This document shows positions 59,527-64,000 of a stretch of DNA of 64,000 nucleotides, piece after piece (the stretch's first letter is position 1; each line of letters begins with the position of its first letter). The notes under the pieces are model-generated. The model saw only the letters and a list, made by a program, of their open reading frames with translations, was not told the origin of the DNA and made no database searches. A program made the translations under genes and the position numbers. Source of the stretch: Actinomycetota bacterium (lineage in GTDB: Bacteria > Actinomycetota > Acidimicrobiia > IMCC26256 > PALSA-610); NCBI GenBank assembly GCA_041691275.1, contig JBEPUZ010000001.1, positions 21,400 to 85,399 of the forward strand, in the 5' to 3' direction.

Positions 59527-59838
59527 ATGATCAAGCAAATCCGATACTCGGAATGTGCCTACGCCGCGCCGAATGCGTGGGGCCTCGGCCAGATCCTGAA
59601 CAAGTACGACGCCGATCACGTTCACGTGATCTCGTATCCGGCGGACAACGATTGCGCGGCCGATGGCGTCGCCGTTGTGCTCGGGTTCCCGACGGCGCGC
59701 GAAGCTGAGATCGCGGCCGATGCCTACATCGCGAACCGCTACGGTAGGCTCGCGACGGTCCGGCACACATGGAGCCCGGTCTACACCGATCCCGCCCGCT
59801 GGCCGGAAGGTCGTCCGTTGCCGCCTGACGAACGTTGA
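59527..59838 (+). CDS. Hypothetical early protein
   Basis: Stop codon is the TGA of the repeat. Confidence 0.6.
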   Translation: MIKQIRYSECAYAAPNAWGLGQILNKYDADHVHVISYPADNDCAADGVAVVLGFPTAREAEIAADAYIANRYGRLATVRHTWSPVYTDPARWPEGRPLPPDER

Positions 59839-59877
59839 ATAACCGGACGCGCCTAGCGTCCTAGTAGCGAGGCTCCG

Positions 59878-60357
59878 ATGACCGAGCACTATTTCTTCTC
59901 GAAGCGGGCGCTCGACTCGAAGTCTCGCAGCGCCGACGACGCTGATCTTCCGTGGCTCAGGAAGCGCTTCCCGACGCACTTCCGCGTGACTGCGTTTCGC
60001 GCGCGGGAAGGCGTGCCGCGTGATCCCGGGCTCGAGCAGCACTTCGACACGGACGCGCGCGGGTTCAAGGCCGCGAAAGCGTACGCGGTCTCGCTCGTTT
60101 CAGACGGCACCGCGACGAACGCGGGCGTGGACGTCGAGGCGCAGTTCCCGTCGCACTTCTACGTTCGATATCGAAACATCGGTGGTTGGACCACTGTGAT
60201 CAGCAACGTGTTCGAGGCGGAAGCGGGTCCATCCGAGCGCGAACAAGCCGAAGAGGATCTCCGCACGGCTCGACGTACGGGCAACAACGACGCAGTCTGG
60301 GCACTCGAAAAGCGTATTCGTGTGCTCGGAGGTTGCCGCCTGACGAACGTTGAATAA
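59878..60357 (+). CDS. Hypothetical early protein
   Basis: GAGG RBS after repeat; stop codon is the TAA of the next repeat. Confidence 0.6.
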   Translation: MTEHYFFSKRALDSKSRSADDADLPWLRKRFPTHFRVTAFRAREGVPRDPGLEQHFDTDARGFKAAKAYAVSLVSDGTATNAGVDVEAQFPSHFYVRYRNIGGWTTVISNVFEAEAGPSEREQAEEDLRTARRTGNNDAVWALEKRIRVLGGCRLTNVE

Positions 60358-60727
60358 CCGGACGCGCCTAGCGTCCTAGTAGCGGGCCCGCGAAGCCCTA
60401 GGGAGATTGAACCATGACGCCGGGTAAGTACGAAAGCGAGCCGTCGTGCGAGTGCTACCGCTGTCACGTGGCGCGGGTGTCGACGTGACGCGCCGCGTGG
60501 CGCTGCGCTTGTCGTGGTGGGTCTACTCGGGCGGCGTGCCGATCTACGCGGTCGACACCCGCGCCGAAGCACGCACGCTCGCCGATGCGTGGCGCGCCGA
60601 TCTGCCCGGCGCCCGCGTCACCCTCAGCACCGCACGTCATCGGTCCGCCGACGACGCGATCGCCGCGCATGCGCGGGGCGAGGTCGCACCGTGACGCGGG
60701 CCCACGAAGCCCTAGGGAGATTGAACC

Positions 60728-61168
60728 ATGACGACCACGAAGATCAAGCCGCTCACGAAGAAACAGATCGCGGAGAACGAGAAACAGGAAGCGATCGCGA
60801 ACCTGAGGCGCGTCGCGCCCCCGGGCTCCACGATCTTCGGGATCGTGCGGAGCGTCGCACGTTCGGGCATGAGCCGGACGGTCGACTTCTACGTCAAGTC
60901 GGCGGATCCGGCCTATCGCGACGACGCGGGGCTGCGGTACCTCTCGGGATGGTTCGCGACGGCGGGCGGGTACTCGCGCGACAAGTCGGGCGCCCTGAAG
61001 ATCGGAGGGTGCGGGATGGATATGGTGTTCGGCACCGTCTACAACGTCGCATCGGCGACATGGCGCGGGACGAAGGTACCCGAGGCCGGCAAGCGAAACG
61101 GGAGGCGGCTGCGCGCCGATTCGCAGAATGACTCGCCCGGCTACGTGTGGAAATCGCGGGCGCTGTAG
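60728..61168 (+). CDS. Hypothetical early protein
   Basis: RSVARSGMSR and GCGMDM motifs; repeat RBS. Confidence 0.7.
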   Translation: MTTTKIKPLTKKQIAENEKQEAIANLRRVAPPGSTIFGIVRSVARSGMSRTVDFYVKSADPAYRDDAGLRYLSGWFATAGGYSRDKSGALKIGGCGMDMVFGTVYNVASATWRGTKVPEAGKRNGRRLRADSQNDSPGYVWKSRAL

Positions 61169-61249
61169 GATCGTAGCGCTGTAGGATCGTAGCGCCCGGC
61201 CAGGGACCGGAACGGGGGGCGGCACCCCGTGGGCGCTTGGGAGAATGTC

Positions 61250-61699
61250 ATGCGTGCAACCCTCGTTTCTGTGATCCTCGCCCTCTCGGGCTGCGCCGTC
61301 ACGATCGGCCCGTTGCCGGTCAGCGACTCGGGCCCGATGGGTGATGCGGCCCCCCAGGGCGACGCGGCGCCGACACCGGCCCGCGACACCGGCGCCGATG
61401 CGGGCCCGGCCCTACAGGGCGACGCGAGCCCGATCCCCGACGCGAGCTCGGCGCCCGACGCGGGCGACGTCCCGGCCGACTCCGGGGTCACGTGCGACGA
61501 CGTCTGGAGGGCCTACGCGGCGGCCGCGGCGCGCCTCGGGTGCACGCCGTACTTCGGCGGGTGCCCGATCGTGCGGAGCTACGACTACTGTTTGGCGCAC
61601 CTTCAGGCCGCCACGATGGCCGACGACGGCGGCACGGGCGGCGCGGCCTGTACGGCGCTCGCGTCTCTTGAGAGCGAGTGCTCGCGGGCGCAGCTGTGA
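61250..61699 (+). CDS. Myxobacterial-type lipoprotein
   Basis: Lipobox LALSGC, DSG/DAA/DTG/DAG linker, Cys-rich C-terminal domain. Confidence 0.7.
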   Translation: MRATLVSVILALSGCAVTIGPLPVSDSGPMGDAAPQGDAAPTPARDTGADAGPALQGDASPIPDASSAPDAGDVPADSGVTCDDVWRAYAAAAARLGCTPYFGGCPIVRSYDYCLAHLQAATMADDGGTGGAACTALASLESECSRAQL

Positions 61700-61747
61700 C
61701 GGCCCCCAAGGCCGCCGCGAGCGCGATAGGTAAGCACACAGGAGAAC

Positions 61748-61939
61748 GTGATGGCCAAGTACAACCGCCGCATCGGACACATCCACTTCAACGTGGGCAC
61801 CATTGGAGGGGGCGTGAACGCCTGCCCGTCCAACGCCCTGCTGTACAGCAAGTCCACGGCCCTAGTGACGTGCCCCAAGTGCCAGACCACCAAGGCCTAC
61901 AGGGCCAAGGTGGAGGCCGGTCTCCAGGGGCCGTCATGA
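61748..61939 (+). CDS. Small Zn-finger protein
   Basis: IH..AC..VTCPKC; AGGAG RBS. Confidence 0.55.
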   Translation: MMAKYNRRIGHIHFNVGTIGGGVNACPSNALLYSKSTALVTCPKCQTTKAYRAKVEAGLQGPS

Positions 61940-61973
61940 CCACCATGGCCAAGGACCTCGGGGCGGGGCGGTC

Positions 61974-62531
61974 ATGACCGAACGTGATGGATCTCGAACG
62001 CTGCGAGCGCCCACGGCAGTCACGCCGCGCGAGCGGAAGGGTCCGCGCGACCGCTTCACACACTCGATCCAAGCCGGGCACTACAAGCTGCGCGAGCACT
62101 TCATCGGCTCGAAGGTCGACCGGCGCACCACGGGGCCGGGCCTCTCGACGCCCGACGGGCTGAAGGAGGGCACGCGCCTCTCGATCATCGAGGCACCGTC
62201 GCTCCTGCGCGAGGGCAGCTCCGGCACAGTGCTGGAGCTTTGCGCCCCGTTCGCGCTCGGCTTGTCGAGCATCGCCTACGCGACGAAGCAGGCTGAGGGC
62301 ACCACGTGGTTCTCGTCCGTGCCCGACGACATCATCCGAATCTTCGACATGATGGAGCCGGACACGAGCGAGGAGACGTGGCTAGACCACACGCTCGGGC
62401 TCGGGAGGTATTCGAGGGGCTGCGGGCACGACGTGCTGCATCGTCTGCTCAAGACGGGCGTGCTGACGCGCGAGCAGATCGTCGAGGCGCGCGCGGCGAC
62501 ACGGCGGAGCTGCGCACGATGGAGCAGGTGA
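61974..62531 (+). CDS. Hypothetical protein
   Basis: 185 aa ORF in array direction. Confidence 0.5.
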   Translation: MTERDGSRTLRAPTAVTPRERKGPRDRFTHSIQAGHYKLREHFIGSKVDRRTTGPGLSTPDGLKEGTRLSIIEAPSLLREGSSGTVLELCAPFALGLSSIAYATKQAEGTTWFSSVPDDIIRIFDMMEPDTSEETWLDHTLGLGRYSRGCGHDVLHRLLKTGVLTREQIVEARAATRRSCARWSR

Positions 62532-62676
62532 ATCAGTGGGTGAGCACGCTCGCCCTCATGACGAGCCCGATGGCGCGCGCAGCGCCTCGGCGATGGCGCC
62601 ACGTCCGACGACATGTCGGGTGCGCGGGAGCAGGGCGAACCGGACGATCACAACGAACAGCGGACGAGGTCGAGCA

Positions 62677-63285
62677 ATGAGTACCAAGGCGGCAAAGCGC
62701 GAGAGCGCCCCGGTTCCGAACGAGCAGGGCCTCGCCCTGGGATCGATCGGATTTGGTTTCGTGCCCCACGAGTCAGAGGCGCACTTCACCGTTACGATCG
62801 GCGCGAGCGACATCGTGATCAGCGAGCACGCGCATTGGTCGGGAAGCTTGGACGACGACCTGGTCACGTTCGGCCCAAGCACTGACCACGTTGCGCGTGT
62901 CCGGCTCGATCGCCTGAGGTGGGACCGCATCGTGCTCGAGATGGAGCAGGAGCTTAACGGCCGACTCCGGAAGCGGGGTATCCCTGCTGCGAGATTCAAG
63001 GGCGCTCGGGTACCGATGGGCCGACTGTTTGGAAAAGAGGTCGTCCTCCTCGCGTGGGCCGTGGAAGACGCCGACCCCGCGCTCTGCTCGCACGCGGTCA
63101 CGAATTGGCTCGGACTGGCGCCCGAGGAACGATGGTGGCTATACACCATGACGGCGGCGGCGACAGGACATGCGACGCTTCATCGCGGCATCGGTTGGCG
63201 AAAGGCGCTCCATTTCGCTCTGACCGAAAACCCCGTGGCCGCGTTTCGAAGCGGGCGTGCGACGGTCCCGAGATCGAGTGAATAA
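62677..63285 (+). CDS. DUF3780 family protein
   Basis: IGFGF, FGKEVVLLAWAVED, NWLGLAPEERWWLYTMT, GWRKAL.FAL.ENP. Confidence 0.85.
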   Translation: MSTKAAKRESAPVPNEQGLALGSIGFGFVPHESEAHFTVTIGASDIVISEHAHWSGSLDDDLVTFGPSTDHVARVRLDRLRWDRIVLEMEQELNGRLRKRGIPAARFKGARVPMGRLFGKEVVLLAWAVEDADPALCSHAVTNWLGLAPEERWWLYTMTAAATGHATLHRGIGWRKALHFALTENPVAAFRSGRATVPRSSE

Positions 63286-63340
63286 CCGGACGCGTCGAGC
63301 GTCCTAGTGTCGGGCCCGCGAAGCCCGGGGAGAGAAGAGG

Positions 63341-63727
63341 ATGAGCAACCGTCAATATCAGGTCTACCGGACCACCACGTCAGGCGCGGTCGCGATCGAT
63401 AGCGCTCGACGAGGCGCGACGCTTGCTCGCGAGCGCGGATGGCGCGGTGTGGATCGGGTCGTTCAACGGCACTCGCGTCGTGTGCGTCGAGACGGAGTCG
63501 ATCTCGTGACCCCCGACACCAAGCCCGGCTTTTACTACGTCTCGGTCGTCGACGGCGCCCGCCGAGCGTTCGTCAAAGGCCCATACCCCGATCACGCGGC
63601 CGCGCTCGCGGCGGTCGACTCGGTCCGAATCGAGGCCGAGTCTCGAGATCCGCGCGCCGCGTTCTACGCGTTCGGCACGGCGCGTTGCGACGAGGAGATC
63701 GCGGCCGTGTTGGGGCGGCCGTCGTGA
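63341..63727 (+). CDS. Hypothetical early protein
   Basis: Repeat RBS; YYVSVVDG..GPY..H..AL..V..DPRA.FYAFGT in the C-terminal half. Confidence 0.6.
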   Translation: MSNRQYQVYRTTTSGAVAIDSARRGATLARERGWRGVDRVVQRHSRRVRRDGVDLVTPDTKPGFYYVSVVDGARRAFVKGPYPDHAAALAAVDSVRIEAESRDPRAAFYAFGTARCDEEIAAVLGRPS

Positions 63728-64000
63728 CCCGCGCCGCGACCGTCGACCCCTACAGCGGCCCGATGGCGCGCGCCGCGGAGGCCTTCCAGGCTCGCGACGT
63801 GGAGCGCCTTCGGGAGATCGAGGAGGCGTTGTGGCTCGCCGTCGAACGCTACAGCGAGGCCTATGCGGTCAACGGCAACGTGGCCGATCAAGCCATGTGC
63901 CGGGAGGCGAAGCGCTGCGCGGGGCACGTGATCAAACTGATCGCGCGGATGAATAAACCATCTACCGACTCCGTCTGATAGGCCGACCGAAACTAGTGAG

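Larger units (their letters stand above)
56981..63330 (+). repeat. Dispersed intergenic repeat family delimiting a gene-cassette array
   Basis: GGGCC(C/T)(G/A)CGAAGCCC+RBS module near 56981, 57461, 58138, 58861, 60384, 60698, 63312; TGAATAA-led ~100-bp copies at 57381, 58059, 58781; short TGAATAACCGGACGC copies at 59836, 60351, 63279. Confidence 0.92.

Noticed and set aside
57381-60420. CRISPR array
   Set aside because: Repeats are 35-100 bp and separated by whole genes; no cas operon, and the Cas4-like nuclease sits in the replication block
56981-63330. Integron (attC cassettes with the tyrosine recombinase as IntI)
   Set aside because: GTTRRRY (GTTGAAT) occurs in only two copies with no matching RYYYAAC arrangement; the recombinase shows no IntI-specific insertion and is about 19 kb away

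Overview
High-GC viral DNA with no host housekeeping genes. Inferred host is Myxococcota/Polyangia-like, from a Polyangia-type winged-helix DNA-binding protein, a DAG/DTG-repeat lipoprotein and a solo Fis-type HTH. Layout: (1) 1-12 kb mixed accessory and membrane/virion genes; (2) 12-29.6 kb minus-strand replication/modification block (RuvC-like resolvase, adenine and cytosine methyltransferases, Tad2-like and Lar-like proteins, PolA, MazG-like, SSB-like, intein-containing SNF2 helicase, PD-(D/E)xK exonuclease, primase-helicase), then an AT-rich origin-like gap; (3) 34-38.4 kb transglutaminase-like Cys-His-Asp protein, large Met/Pro/Gln-rich protein and tyrosine recombinase; (4) 38.5-56.5 kb virion module with beta-rich jelly-roll-like capsid candidates, many membrane-anchored proteins, tiny Lys/Arg/Cys proteins, two GNATs and wall hydrolases, but no recognisable terminase, portal or tail; (5) 57-64 kb array of short genes separated by structured repeats, including a solo DUF3780. 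Main new signals: virion proteins repeatedly carry (M/I/L)xG(L/F/I)G, matching the adenovirus protease consensus, next to a candidate papain-fold protease; many genes have a TA(G/A)nnn hexamer (mostly TAGnnT) 5-7 nt before the start codon (leaderless promoters); and the early array shows gene-swap scars. All family calls come from motif recognition by eye; no database searches were run.
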